From an uncultured Gemmatimonadota bacterium (GTDB lineage Bacteria; JAAXHH01), in assembly GCA_951812955.1 (NCBI GenBank), contig OX638340.1, positions 1,920,001 through 1,984,000 on the forward strand: a stretch of DNA of 64,000 nt, read 5' to 3'. The notes under the pieces are model-generated. The model saw only the letters and a list, made by a program, of their open reading frames with translations, was not told the DNA's origin and searched no databases. The translations under genes were made by a program, and so were the position numbers. Below, in pieces: positions 38,384 to 53,518 of this stretch. The stretch's first letter is position 1; each line of letters begins with the position of its first letter.

Positions 38384-39346
38384 ATGCCAGACCGACAACG
38401 CATTGTAATACCCGGTGACGATCCGCCCCAGATGCAGGGATCACCCCACCTGGAACGCCTTGAGGCTTACGGAGAAGTCGTCCTGTACACCGATCGTCCC
38501 GAGACTTCTGATGAGAAAATCGAGCGGGTCAAGGGCGCCGGGGTGATGATCAATTCCCGGGGACTCGTCAAATGGCCCGGTGACGTCCTGCGTTCGCTGC
38601 CGGATCTCCGCATGATCGCGACTTGTTCGATCGGCGTCGACAGTTTCGATCTTGTCGCGGCGCGGGAATGCGGCATCGCCATATCCAACCAACCGGGACG
38701 GACGGCGCCGGTCGTGGCGGAACATACCTTCGGCCTGATGTTCGCCCTCGCGAAGAGAGCGGCGTACTTCACGGGCGCCATGAAAGCCGGCCAATGGCCG
38801 CGACTGGACGCCTACTACCTAAAGGGGAAGACGCTCGGGGTCATCGGAACGGGTCCAATCGGATCGGAGTTGGCGAAGCTGGCGGGCAGCGTGGGGATGG
38901 ACGTGATCGCCTGGACGTACAACCCGTCGGACGAAAGGGCCAGGGAGATCGGGGCGGCCTACGTGGAACTCGACGAACTATTGAGCAGGTCGGACGTGGT
39001 GTCGCTGCATGTCAGGCTTACGGAGGATAGCAGGCACATGATCGACAGTGCATCGCTGGGAAGCATGAAACCGGGCGCGCTGCTGATCAACTGCGGCCGG
39101 GGAGGCCTGGTGGATACGGACGCGCTGGTGGAAGCGCTGAGCTCGGGGCATCTGGGCGGCGCAGCCCTGGACGTCTTCGAGGAAGAGCCCCTGCCCGCGG
39201 ATCATCCCCTGCTCGGCATGGAGCAGGTCGTGCTCACCCCGCACTGCGCGGACATGACGCCCGAAGGGGTCGAACTGCTCAACGAAGGCGCGGTGGACAA
39301 CGTCATCGCATTTCTCGAAGGTCGTCCCCGGAACCTGGTGGTCTGA
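38384..39346 (+). CDS. D-isomer-specific 2-hydroxyacid dehydrogenase (NAD-binding)
   Basis: 'GVIGTGPIGSELA' Rossmann motif, catalytic 'NCGRGGLVD', 'TPHCAD' His. Confidence 0.8.
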   Translation: MPDRQRIVIPGDDPPQMQGSPHLERLEAYGEVVLYTDRPETSDEKIERVKGAGVMINSRGLVKWPGDVLRSLPDLRMIATCSIGVDSFDLVAARECGIAISNQPGRTAPVVAEHTFGLMFALAKRAAYFTGAMKAGQWPRLDAYYLKGKTLGVIGTGPIGSELAKLAGSVGMDVIAWTYNPSDERAREIGAAYVELDELLSRSDVVSLHVRLTEDSRHMIDSASLGSMKPGALLINCGRGGLVDTDALVEALSSGHLGGAALDVFEEEPLPADHPLLGMEQVVLTPHCADMTPEGVELLNEGAVDNVIAFLEGRPRNLVV

Positions 39347-39403
39347 GTGGTCTGCGTGGTCTGAGCAATCCGCGGTACGCAGTGGTCCGAAAACCGGTAC
39401 CGG

Positions 39404-39805
39404 TCACTCCGGCGCCCGGTGCCGCAACTCCCGGCCCTTGTCCGGGGTGGGGTCCTCGACCATACCATACATCTGCCGGCCCTCGTGGTCCTCGGGAAGA
39501 TACTCCGTGATCGGCAGTCCCTCGGGTGTCACGAATAGCAGGCAGTGACAGTACTTCCAGATCTTCATCTCGTCGCAGGCGCAGACCCATTCGCGGCTGC
39601 GTTCCAGTTCGGCCTTCTTGTCGGGATAGAAATTGCACGGGCACAGGGGCCGTCCCAGTTCGTCCACGTGGGCGGCGAGCCCCTTGACCACGGAATCCTT
39701 CACTTCCGCGTTCGGATGGGGCGAGGTGCCGGTTTTCTCCCAATACTTCTCGCAGTATTTCTCCATGCGCCGCATGCTTTTCTCGGAAGGTTGCTGTTCG
39801 TTCAT
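39404..39805 (-). CDS. ferredoxin:thioredoxin reductase catalytic subunit-like protein
   Basis: 'CPCNFYPD...WVCACDEMKIWKYCHCLLF' CPC/CHC cluster-ligand motifs. Confidence 0.7.
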   Translation of the reverse strand: MNEQQPSEKSMRRMEKYCEKYWEKTGTSPHPNAEVKDSVVKGLAAHVDELGRPLCPCNFYPDKKAELERSREWVCACDEMKIWKYCHCLLFVTPEGLPITEYLPEDHEGRQMYGMVEDPTPDKGRELRHRAPE

Positions 39806-40062
39806 TTACCGCTCCTTGTATGGGTAACGCTTCCCGGTACTCCTACAGATCGTCGGCCCTTTCAATCTGAATATAATCTATTCTTACCTCCCCTTCATGT
39901 CAATCGGTCCGTGCCAGGATCCGTGGAATGACAGCGCCCTGAAAAACCGCGCCGGGAATTGCGAATCCGCAGAACGATTTGCAGTCCGCGAAGCCGACGA
40001 GTCGTCGAAAATCCCCGCCGACAGACTCGTCGTCAAAAAACCAATTTTTTGTGGATTTGTAT

Positions 40063-40091
40063 TGACTTTGTTAGCGACGCGGCATATCGTG
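40063..40091 (+). promoter_or_regulatory. candidate sigma70-type promoter for act operon (TTGACT-17 bp-TATCGT)
   Basis: Seen directly about 70 bp upstream of actA start. Confidence 0.3.
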
Positions 40092-40158
40092 TACAACTGT
40101 TTGTCGAATACCGTTCATTTGTCGAGAAACGTAACAGAAAGAGATAGAACGAGTTCTT

Positions 40159-40827
40159 ATGCCGCAGATTTTCTCCCCCGCCGCTAATACGTGGCTCAAG
40201 GCGAGTATTGTTGGCGGGGCGTTGCTTCTGGCAACCACATTAGGTGTGATTTTATACCTCGGTTCGACTTCCTATGTTACCCGGCAGCACCAGGTAAGAC
40301 CCCAACCCGTTCCCTTCAGCCATCGGCACCACGTCAATCAACTCGGCATCGACTGCCGTTATTGCCACACGTCGGTCGAAACGAGCGCTTTCGCCGGCCT
40401 GCCGCCGACCAAGACGTGCATGAGCTGCCACTCGCAGGTCTGGACCGACGCGCCCATGCTCGAACCGGTGCGTACGAGCTACGCCACTGGAGAATCCCTG
40501 GAATGGACCCGGGTGCACGACCTTCCGGACTACGTGTATTTCGATCATAGTATTCATATAAACAAGGGTATCGGCTGCGAGTCCTGTCACGGCGCCGTCA
40601 ACGAGATGGCCCTGATGTGGCAGGAAGAGTCGCTGCAGATGATGTGGTGTCTCGAGTGTCACCGCAACACCGATGCCTTCATACGGGAACGGGCGGACGT
40701 CTACAAATTCGAATCCCAGCCCGATTACTCGGCGCCGACCGACCAGATGGCACTCGGCGCGCAACTGACCCGGGGCTACCGGGTCAACAAGGAACAGTTG
40801 GAAGACTGTTCCATCTGCCATAGATAG
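40159..40827 (+). CDS. actA: alternative complex III subunit ActA (pentahaem cytochrome c)
   Basis: N-terminal TM anchor; five CxxCH motifs (CRYCH, CMSCH, CESCH, CLECH, CSICH). Confidence 0.8.
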   Translation: MPQIFSPAANTWLKASIVGGALLLATTLGVILYLGSTSYVTRQHQVRPQPVPFSHRHHVNQLGIDCRYCHTSVETSAFAGLPPTKTCMSCHSQVWTDAPMLEPVRTSYATGESLEWTRVHDLPDYVYFDHSIHINKGIGCESCHGAVNEMALMWQEESLQMMWCLECHRNTDAFIRERADVYKFESQPDYSAPTDQMALGAQLTRGYRVNKEQLEDCSICHR

Positions 40828-40895
40828 CAGGGACGAGGCCACGGTAACGGACCATGAATAACACTTCTGAACGGCAGATCACGGAAAAGGAAGCA

Positions 40896-43868
<2,973 letters not shown>

Positions 43869-43913
43869 GGCCGGACGTGGGTTAACAGGAAGACACGGCT
43901 GCAGACACCGTGA

Positions 43914-45314
43914 ATGAGGAGTGGCTCCTTGTCGCAACAGGGTGTTGACATAGAAAAGGCCAAAACGTACACCGGCGACGGTTTCGTAGCGCCCGAGTAC
44001 ACCAATACCACCGTCACGGAGAAGATCTCCAACATTGTCCTCCGGTCGCACACGCCATTGGGGTGGTTCCTGGCCGTGGCGGTCCTGCTGCCGGTCGTCG
44101 GCATGCTGGGCATCTCCATTACCTGGCTGGTGTTGATCGGGACCGGGATCTGGGGGCTGAACGTGCCGGTCGGCTGGGGATTCGCCATCATCAACTTCGT
44201 CTGGTGGATCGGGATCGGCCACGCCGGGACGCTCATCTCCGCCATTTTACACCTGATGCGGCAGGACTGGCGCAACTCGATCAACCGGTTCGCGGAAGCC
44301 ATGACGATCTTTGCCGTGATGTGCGCCGGCATGTTCCCACTGCTTCACGTGGGGCGTCCCTGGCTCGCCTACTGGCTGCTTCCGCTGCCCAACACCATGT
44401 CGCTCTGGCCCCAGTGGCGTTCGCCGCTGGTCTGGGACGTCTTCGCCGTATCCACTTACTTCACCGTTTCCCTGATTTTCTGGTACATGGGCATGATCCC
44501 CGATCTCGGCACGTTGCGGGACCGGGCGAAGCACCCCATTACAGCGCGGATCTTCGGCGTTCTGTCCATGGGCTGGCGCGGCGCGTCCTCCCACTGGGCG
44601 AGGTACGAGAAGGCCTACCTGATCCTGGCCGGCCTGTCCACGCCCCTGGTCCTGTCCGTGCACTCCATCGTTTCGCTGGACTTCGCCGTCTCGCTGATCC
44701 CCGGCTGGCATACCACCGTGTTCCCGCCCTACTTCGTGGCCGGCGCTATCTACGCCGGATTCGCCATGGTGCTGACGCTGACGATCCCGGTGCGCAAGTG
44801 GTTCAAGCTGGAGGGACTCATCACGACGCGGCACCTGGAGAACATGGGCAAGGTGACCCTGGCGACAGGTTTCATCGTCGTGTACGGATACGCCATGGAA
44901 ATGTTTATCTCGTGGTACAGCGCGAGTCCCTACGAAGGGTTCATGATGTGGAACCGTATGTCGGGGCAGTACGCGCCGGTCTACTGGGCGCTGATCTTCT
45001 GCAACGCCGTCAGCATCCAGATACTCTGGTGGAAGCGGGCCCGGCGCAGCCCGGTCGTGCTGTTCATCGTCTCCCTGATCGTCGGTGTCGGCATGTGGCT
45101 CGAACGGTTCGTCATCGTCGTGACCAGCCTGGCCAACGACTATATGCCTTCGTCGTGGGACTACTACGCCGGGACGATCTGGGACTGGAGCCTGTATATC
45201 GGCACCATCGGTTTCTTCCTGTTCATGATGTGCCTGTTCATCCGGTTCCTGCCCATGATTCCGATGTCCGAGATGAAGATGGTCATTCCGAAACACCGGA
45301 AGAAGGACGCCTGA
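43914..45314 (+). CDS. actC: alternative complex III subunit ActC (NrfD/PsrC-like quinol-interacting membrane subunit)
   Basis: Ten-TM NrfD-like protein following actB. Confidence 0.8.
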   Translation: MRSGSLSQQGVDIEKAKTYTGDGFVAPEYTNTTVTEKISNIVLRSHTPLGWFLAVAVLLPVVGMLGISITWLVLIGTGIWGLNVPVGWGFAIINFVWWIGIGHAGTLISAILHLMRQDWRNSINRFAEAMTIFAVMCAGMFPLLHVGRPWLAYWLLPLPNTMSLWPQWRSPLVWDVFAVSTYFTVSLIFWYMGMIPDLGTLRDRAKHPITARIFGVLSMGWRGASSHWARYEKAYLILAGLSTPLVLSVHSIVSLDFAVSLIPGWHTTVFPPYFVAGAIYAGFAMVLTLTIPVRKWFKLEGLITTRHLENMGKVTLATGFIVVYGYAMEMFISWYSASPYEGFMMWNRMSGQYAPVYWALIFCNAVSIQILWWKRARRSPVVLFIVSLIVGVGMWLERFVIVVTSLANDYMPSSWDYYAGTIWDWSLYIGTIGFFLFMMCLFIRFLPMIPMSEMKMVIPKHRKKDA

Positions 45315-45315
45315 T

Positions 45316-45864
45316 ATGAATCACGGACCCGCACAACCTGAATTGCGCGGCCTCATAGCCGAATTCGAGAACGAGGCGGCCATCGTGGAAGCCACGCAGA
45401 AGACCGTGGACGCGGGGTATCATCATATAGAGACGTACACGCCCTACCCGCTCGACGAGTTGCTTGACATCCAGCATCTCCACAAGAACAAGGTGGCGCT
45501 GGTGATCCTGATCGGCGGGTTGACGGGCTGTGCCGTAGGCTTCTTCATGCAGTATTTCGCCTCCGTGATCCACTACCCGATCAACGTGGGCGGCCGGCCC
45601 TTCAACAGCTGGCCGGCTTTCATTCCGGTCATGTTCGAGTGTACGGTCCTGTTCGCTTCCTTTGCCGCGCTGGTCGGAATGATGGTCATGAACAAGCTGC
45701 CGCGGCCGAATCATCCGCTTTTCGATATCGAGCGATTCCGGTACGCGACCCAGGATCGGTTCTTCCTGTGCATCGAGGCCGAAGACCCATACTTCGAGAA
45801 GGACGCGACACGTCAGTTTCTCGAAGAGATGAATCCGCACGAGGTGAACGAAGTTGAAGCGTAA
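45316..45864 (+). CDS. actD: alternative complex III subunit ActD (DUF3341 membrane protein)
   Basis: Position and size in act operon; two TM helices. Confidence 0.7.
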   Translation: MNHGPAQPELRGLIAEFENEAAIVEATQKTVDAGYHHIETYTPYPLDELLDIQHLHKNKVALVILIGGLTGCAVGFFMQYFASVIHYPINVGGRPFNSWPAFIPVMFECTVLFASFAALVGMMVMNKLPRPNHPLFDIERFRYATQDRFFLCIEAEDPYFEKDATRQFLEEMNPHEVNEVEA

Positions 45865-46456
45865 CCCCTTGGCTCTCTTATACGCCGGTATCCTGTGCGT
45901 CCTTTGCCTTGCCGCCACGGCGGCCTGCCGGCAGGACATGCACGATCAGCCGCGCGCCGAGCCCTTCGAGGAGAGCGACTTCTTCGGCGACCGGCGTTCG
46001 GTGCGTCCAGCGGTGGCCGGGACCATACCCCGGGGCCACCTGCGGCTGGACGAGCATTTCTACACGGGCAAAATCGACGGCGCGCTTGCCACGGATTTCC
46101 CGTCTCCGGTGACGATCGAAATGCTGAAGCGGGGGCAGGAACGGTACGATATCTTCTGCGCGCCGTGCCACAGCAAGACCGGGGACGGCCTCGGCATGAT
46201 CGTGCAGCGGGGCATGAAACAGCCGGAGTCCTTCCACAGCCAGCGGCTTCTCGATGTGGAGGTGGGCCATTATTTCGACGTGGTAACCAATGGTTTCGGC
46301 AACATGTACAGTTACGAGGATCGCATCGACCCGGCTGACCGGTGGGCCATCGCCGCCTATGTCCGTGCGCTGCAGATGAGTCAGGGCGCCAACCTGCCCG
46401 AACTCCCGGAATCGGATCAGCAACGCATCCGGCAAATCGTGGAAGTGGAAGAATGA
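45854..46456 (+). CDS. actE: alternative complex III subunit ActE (monohaem cytochrome c lipoprotein)
   Basis: Lipobox 'LAATAAC'; single 'CAPCH' haem site. Confidence 0.75.
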   Translation: MKRNPLALLYAGILCVLCLAATAACRQDMHDQPRAEPFEESDFFGDRRSVRPAVAGTIPRGHLRLDEHFYTGKIDGALATDFPSPVTIEMLKRGQERYDIFCAPCHSKTGDGLGMIVQRGMKQPESFHSQRLLDVEVGHYFDVVTNGFGNMYSYEDRIDPADRWAIAAYVRALQMSQGANLPELPESDQQRIRQIVEVEE

Positions 46457-47655
46457 CCGCAATCTCCAATCATCTTCTGGCGCAGATCAACGGCGTACAG
46501 ACCCGTGCGTTGACGGCCGGCGTCCTGCTGCTTCTGGGCGGGCTGCTATACGCCTTCGCCATGGGCGAGATGTCCGGTTTCTACCAGGCCTACCTGGTGG
46601 GCTACATGATCTGTGTAGGCATCACCCTGGTGTGCATGGCCTTCATCATGCTGCACCACCTCATCGGCGGCCGCTGGGGATTCGTCATCCAGCGACTGCT
46701 CGAAGCCGCCATGAGCACGCTGCCCGTGCTGCTCGTCCTCTTCATACCCATCGTGCTGGGCATGCACGACCTGTACCACTGGACGCACGCGGAAGTTGTG
46801 GCCGTCGATCCGATCCTGCAGCACAAGGAATCCTATCTCAACGTGCCCTTCTTCCTGGCGCGGACCATATTCTATTTTGCCATCTGGATCACCGCCGCCT
46901 TTCTGCTGATCAGATGGTCCAGGTCCCAGGACACGTCGGGAGACCCGAGGCTGACGGACAAGATGCGGAACGTCTGCGGACCCGGCGTCGTGGTGTTCGC
47001 CCTGACGATGACTTTCGCGTCCTTCGACTGGATCATGTCCACCGACCCGCACTGGTTCTCGACCCTATACGGGGTCATGATGATCGTGAACAGCGGAGGC
47101 GCCGCCCTTTCGTTCATCGTGATCATGATGACCTGGCTCAGGAAACACGAACCCCTGTCGGAACTCGCCGACGCGGACCGGTTCCACGACTGGGGCAAGC
47201 TGCTGCTGGCCTTCACGCTCCTCTGGTTCTACATGATGCTGTCCCAGTTCCTCATCATCTGGGCGGCGAACCTGCCGGAAGAAAACCCCTGGTACGTGCA
47301 CCGCGTCAATGGCGGCTGGGAAATCGTATCCGTCGTCCTGGTGCTCTGCCGGTTCGTGATTGCCTTCTTCCTGCTCCTGTCCATACCTCGGAAGCGGGAC
47401 CCGCGCCGACTGGTGCGCGTGGCCTGGTTCATCCTGGTCATGCACCTGGTCGACATCTTCTGGCACGTGGCGCCCAACTTCCGTCTGGATGGATTCGAAG
47501 CCAGCGTGTTGGACGTGATCGTTCCGGTCGGGCTGTTTGGCATCTGGTTTTACTTTGTGCTCAATCGGCTGAAGAGCAATCCATTGATTCCGCAGAAGGA
47601 TCCGCGATTCGAGGAGATCGTCGCATCGGTCTCGAAGGCAAAGGTACAAGGCTAA
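46453..47655 (+). CDS. actF: alternative complex III subunit ActF (NrfD-like membrane subunit)
   Basis: Start MTAISNHLL with ATGA overlap on actE stop; polytopic NrfD-like. Confidence 0.75.
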   Translation: MTAISNHLLAQINGVQTRALTAGVLLLLGGLLYAFAMGEMSGFYQAYLVGYMICVGITLVCMAFIMLHHLIGGRWGFVIQRLLEAAMSTLPVLLVLFIPIVLGMHDLYHWTHAEVVAVDPILQHKESYLNVPFFLARTIFYFAIWITAAFLLIRWSRSQDTSGDPRLTDKMRNVCGPGVVVFALTMTFASFDWIMSTDPHWFSTLYGVMMIVNSGGAALSFIVIMMTWLRKHEPLSELADADRFHDWGKLLLAFTLLWFYMMLSQFLIIWAANLPEENPWYVHRVNGGWEIVSVVLVLCRFVIAFFLLLSIPRKRDPRRLVRVAWFILVMHLVDIFWHVAPNFRLDGFEASVLDVIVPVGLFGIWFYFVLNRLKSNPLIPQKDPRFEEIVASVSKAKVQG

Positions 47656-47656
47656 A

Positions 47657-48082
47657 ATGAATCTCGGCAAGAACCATCACATCGTCGACGAGGCGTCAAT
47701 TGAACGGGGCCACGAAGTATTCGAAACCAACGTGCCCCTGGTCATCAAGTTCGGCATCGGCCTGACTGCGCTCGCCATCATTTCCATGGTTTTGATGTGG
47801 TTGATGTTCGTGGTGATCGAAGATTACAACGCGACGACCTTCGACACGCCTTCACCTATGCTCGAAGAGAACGCCATTCCGCCCGAACCGCGGCTGCAGG
47901 TCATCCCCGAAGAGGACCTGATCGCCCTCCAGGAAGCGGAAAATAAGAAACTGAATACTTACGGGTGGGTGATCCGGACGGCGGAAATCGTCCAGATCCC
48001 GATCGACCGGGCCATGCACCTGATCGCGACCGACGACCGGTACAAACTGCCCTCGGCGGCGGGAACCGGGGAAGGACAGTAA
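47657..48082 (+). CDS. small single-TM membrane protein (possible ActG-like accessory subunit)
   Basis: 141 aa, one hydrophobic helix, tightly linked after actF. Confidence 0.45.
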   Translation: MNLGKNHHIVDEASIERGHEVFETNVPLVIKFGIGLTALAIISMVLMWLMFVVIEDYNATTFDTPSPMLEENAIPPEPRLQVIPEEDLIALQEAENKKLNTYGWVIRTAEIVQIPIDRAMHLIATDDRYKLPSAAGTGEGQ

Positions 48083-48086
48083 GACT

Positions 48087-49010
48087 GTGGTCACATACCG
48101 ATTCAAATACGCTGCCTATTCCGCATACACCGCATTTGCCGCGGTCCTGGTTTCGACCCTGCTGGCGCTGCCCTCGGGGAGCTATGGGCAGGAAGGCGAA
48201 AGCGGCCCGGCGATCATGAAAGACATTGGCTCCGGACCCGGGCTGGACGCGAGCGCTACGCCCGAGATCCTGAAGCACGTCGGCATTGACCAGAAGATCG
48301 GGGCCTCGCTGCCGCTGGACCTGAAATTCCAGGATGAAACGGGTACGCCGGTCGAGCTGGGCAGCTACTTCGGGGAGAAACCCGTCATCCTCACGCTGGT
48401 CTACTACGACTGTCCCATGCTGTGTACGGAAGTCCTTAACGGGCTCAACCGGAGCCTGGCCCCGCTGAATTACAGTATAGGCGAAGAATTCAAGGTCGTG
48501 ACCGTCAGCTTCGACCCGAGGGAAACCCCACAGCTCGCATCGCAGAAGAAGGCGGTTTACACGCAGCGGTACGGACGGCCCGGCACTAAAGCAGGCTGGC
48601 ACTTCCTGACAGGTGACGCATCGGCTATCGACGCGCTGACTGAGACCGTCGGCTTCAACTACGTCTACGATGAAACAGAAGGGCAGTTCGTGCATGGCAG
48701 CGCCATCATGATCGTCAGCCCCCGGGGCACGGTTTCCCATTACTTCTTCGGGATCGAGTATCCTTCGGAGGACGTCCGGCTGGCTCTCGTCGAGTCATCG
48801 GAAAACAAGCTGGGCACCGTGTTCGACCAGGTGATGCTGTACTGTTTCAACTACGATCCTGAACAGGGAAAGTACGGGGTCGCCATCATGAACTCGATGC
48901 GCGTCGCCGGGCTGATTACGCTGCTGGCCATGGGTTCCTTCATGGTCGTCATGTTCAAGCGTGACAGACGCAGAAAGCGGGCGAGGCGCGAAAGCGGGAA
49001 AAACGCGTAA
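48087..49010 (+). CDS. SCO1/SenC copper chaperone for cytochrome oxidase assembly
   Basis: Thioredoxin-like 'DCPMLC' CxxxC copper motif and conserved His; N- and C-terminal anchors. Confidence 0.8.
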   Translation: MVTYRFKYAAYSAYTAFAAVLVSTLLALPSGSYGQEGESGPAIMKDIGSGPGLDASATPEILKHVGIDQKIGASLPLDLKFQDETGTPVELGSYFGEKPVILTLVYYDCPMLCTEVLNGLNRSLAPLNYSIGEEFKVVTVSFDPRETPQLASQKKAVYTQRYGRPGTKAGWHFLTGDASAIDALTETVGFNYVYDETEGQFVHGSAIMIVSPRGTVSHYFFGIEYPSEDVRLALVESSENKLGTVFDQVMLYCFNYDPEQGKYGVAIMNSMRVAGLITLLAMGSFMVVMFKRDRRRKRARRESGKNA

Positions 49011-49102
49011 CGGACGAAAGAGGCCCGGACAGACCGGGCCGGAACGGCGCACCTGCCATGCGCCATGGCGGAAAAGATCCGACATAACCGTAAAGTGAGC
49101 GT

Positions 49103-50046
49103 ATGAACAACCAATTCCAACTCCATCCCGAGATCGCATCTACCTTTGCCTTCGACGTCGATCTGCTGTATTTTTTCGTAGTGGCCATAAGCATATTCTT
49201 CATGGCCCTGATCTGTGTCCTGATCTTCGTCTTCGCCATGAAGTACCGGCGCCGCACCGAGGACCAGCAGGCGGAAACCCAGACGCACGGCCACCTCGGG
49301 CTCGAAATTACGTGGTCCGCCATACCGCTCGTCCTCATGCTGATCATGTTCGCATGGGGCGTCTGGCTCTTCTTCAGAGTGTACCAGATCCCGGACGGCG
49401 CCATGGAGTATTACGTGGTCGGCAAGCAGTGGATGTGGCATGTGCAGCATCCCACGGGGCAGCGGGAAATCAACGAAATGCACGTGCCGATCAACACGCC
49501 GGTGAAGCTGACCATGGCGTCCGAGGACGTCATACACAGTTTCTTCATCCCGGCGTTCCGGGTGAAGAACGACGTGATTCCCGGGCGGTACACCTCGCTG
49601 ACCTTCGAGGCGACGAAACCCGGCAAGTACCACCTGTTCTGCGCAGAATACTGCGGTACCGAACACTCGCAAATGATCGGAAGCGTTTACGCCATGGAAC
49701 CGGAAGACTACCAGAACTGGCTGGGCGGCGGCGTGGCCGACGAGACGCCTGAGGAGGCCGGGGCCCGGCTCTTCTCGCAGCTCAACTGCGATACGTGTCA
49801 CAGCGACCAGGCAGCGTCCCGGGGGCCGTCCCTGAACGGGAAATTCGGCACGGAGGAAGTCCTCGCCAGCGGAGAACGCATTCTGATCGACGAAGCCTAT
49901 ATCCGGGAGTCCATCGTGAATCCCCGGATCCGGCTGGTAGCCGGCTATCCGTCGATCATGCCAACCTACCAGGGTCAGATCACGGAGACCAATATCTTCA
50001 ATCTGATTTCCTACATTAAGACACTGCCGAGTACGGAGGGCGCCCA

Positions 50047-50050
<4 letters not shown>
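49103..50050 (+). CDS. coxB: cytochrome c oxidase subunit II with C-terminal cytochrome c domain (caa3-type)
   Basis: CuA site 'HSFFIP...[12 protein letters not shown]'; C-terminal 'CDTCH' haem c site. Confidence 0.85.
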
Positions 50051-51714
<1,664 letters not shown>

Positions 51715-51782
51715 GCTGCGGGCATACGCATAGCCTGCGGGCGTGCCAGATGCGCGCAGGCATCCTGTGAAGGAGCAAGATC

Positions 51783-52478
51783 GTGTCAGTCAGTACGGAA
51801 GCGGCCGCACACGGCCACGATGTACACGAAGATCATCCTCAATACATGCGTCACCAGTTCGACGACATGGATCAGCAGAACGATGCCGCGAGCCTGGGGA
51901 TGTGGCTGTTCCTGTTGACGGAGGTCATGTTCTTCGGCGGGTTCTTCCTGGGGTATTCGATCTATCGCAGCGAGTACTACGATTCTTTCGTCATCGGCAG
52001 CCAGAATCTGGACGTCTTTCTCGGCGGCCTGAACACCGTCGCCCTGATCACCAGCAGCGTCACCATGGCATTCGCCGTCCGGGCAGCCCAACTCGGCAAG
52101 AAGAACCACATCATCGCCTTCCTGGTGATGACCCTCGTACTCGGATTCGTGTTCATGGTGAACAAGTACATCGAGTACTCCCACAAGCTGCACGACGGCC
52201 TGATCCCAGGTTACAATTTCCTGTGGACCGGCGCGGGTGACGGGCAGACCATACAGCTGTTCTACGGGTTCTACTTCTGCATGACCGGGACCCACGGCCT
52301 CCATGTCCTCATCGGGCTCGTCCTTATCATCTGGCTGCTGGTCCGCGTCTGCCAGAACAAGTTTACCACCGAATACTACGCACCGATCGAGAATTTCGGC
52401 CTGTACTGGCACTTTGTCGATCTGGTCTGGATCTTCCTGTTCCCGCTGCTGTACCTCATCGGCGGATTGGTCGTATAG
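51783..52478 (+). CDS. coxC: cytochrome c oxidase subunit III
   Basis: Seven-TM CoxC-like, '[14 protein letters not shown]'. Confidence 0.8.
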   Translation: MSVSTEAAAHGHDVHEDHPQYMRHQFDDMDQQNDAASLGMWLFLLTEVMFFGGFFLGYSIYRSEYYDSFVIGSQNLDVFLGGLNTVALITSSVTMAFAVRAAQLGKKNHIIAFLVMTLVLGFVFMVNKYIEYSHKLHDGLIPGYNFLWTGAGDGQTIQLFYGFYFCMTGTHGLHVLIGLVLIIWLLVRVCQNKFTTEYYAPIENFGLYWHFVDLVWIFLFPLLYLIGGLVV

Positions 52479-52488
52479 GAAACATGCA

Positions 52489-52845
52489 ATGACGGAACAC
52501 GCTCAACACAGCCCGCACACTGAAAGCGGCCACGGGGAACACCACGGACCCCATATCGCGAGTGTGGCCAACTATCTGACCATCTTTGCGGCGTTGCTGG
52601 TCCTCACGGCAGTGACCGTGTGGGTCGCCACCGTGGACCTCGGTCTCTTCAACACGGTCGTGGCCATGGCCATCGCCTCCGTCAAGGCCATCCTGGTCAT
52701 ACTGTACTTCATGCATCTGAAGTTCAGCCCCGGCCAGACCAAGCTCGCCGCAGCAGCCGCTATCTTCTGGCTGCTGATCCTCCTCATCATTACCTTCTTC
52801 GATTACATCGGACGTACCTGGCAGGACAATCCGCCCGGTTGGTAG
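52489..52845 (+). CDS. cytochrome c oxidase subunit IV (prokaryotic caa3-type small subunit)
   Basis: 118 aa, three TM helices, directly after coxC; start set at ATGACGGAACAC. Confidence 0.6.
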   Translation: MTEHAQHSPHTESGHGEHHGPHIASVANYLTIFAALLVLTAVTVWVATVDLGLFNTVVAMAIASVKAILVILYFMHLKFSPGQTKLAAAAAIFWLLILLIITFFDYIGRTWQDNPPGW

Positions 52846-53518
52846 GGGCGGCGACTTCAATGACGAAACCCCTTACGATATTTGACCCCGCCCTGTTGTT
52901 CCAAGCCCGATTGGAAAACAGTTAAGGAGCCCGCTATCTACCTTGATGTCCGGTCAAGAGGTATGATGTACTTCGTTCTGACGATAATCACGTAGAACGC
53001 CGGGACCGCGGGGACGCTGCCTACCCCTTTGGGCCTGGGAAACACCGTCCGGGATAGGATCACGGGAAATTCACCAATAATGTGCTATTCACTTACAACT
53101 TACTTCATATCATGTATATTTGATAGCGAAGACTGATCAAAGTATCATATAATCTTGTTCATTCAAGCCACGCCAGGACTTGAGATGAGCCTTGAAGTTG
53201 TACCGCTTGAACAATTCTCCTTCGTCTGATTTACTTGCCTATACCAAGCAGTGTGATCTAAGGAAACTCATTACAGTTCACCTCCTCGCGGCACACTTAG
53301 GCTTACCCCCCAATACACCATACGACCGGTACGGCTTAGTACGAACTTATCCGCGTTCACCGCCCAACTGTTCAAGTGTAAAAATCGCTTTTGGACGAAC
53401 GTGCCTGCTCGGTGTTAATAAAGGTCCGTTCTGTTCGGACGATGTGACATGAAGTTCCACTCGATCGACGTATCAATCCCCTATTTATTGTTGTCGAAAC
53501 GGAAGGATAGAAAATACC

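Noticed and set aside
44063-45319. 418-aa alternate-frame plus ORF and 349-aa minus ORF inside actC
   Set aside because: Alternate-frame or antisense ORFs, Arg/Pro-rich; ActC frame is the hydrophobic NrfD-like one.
46342-46452. 5' extension of actF (MGHRRLCPCAADESG...)
   Set aside because: Overlaps actE coding sequence; ATG at 46453 with ATGA coupling is the natural start.
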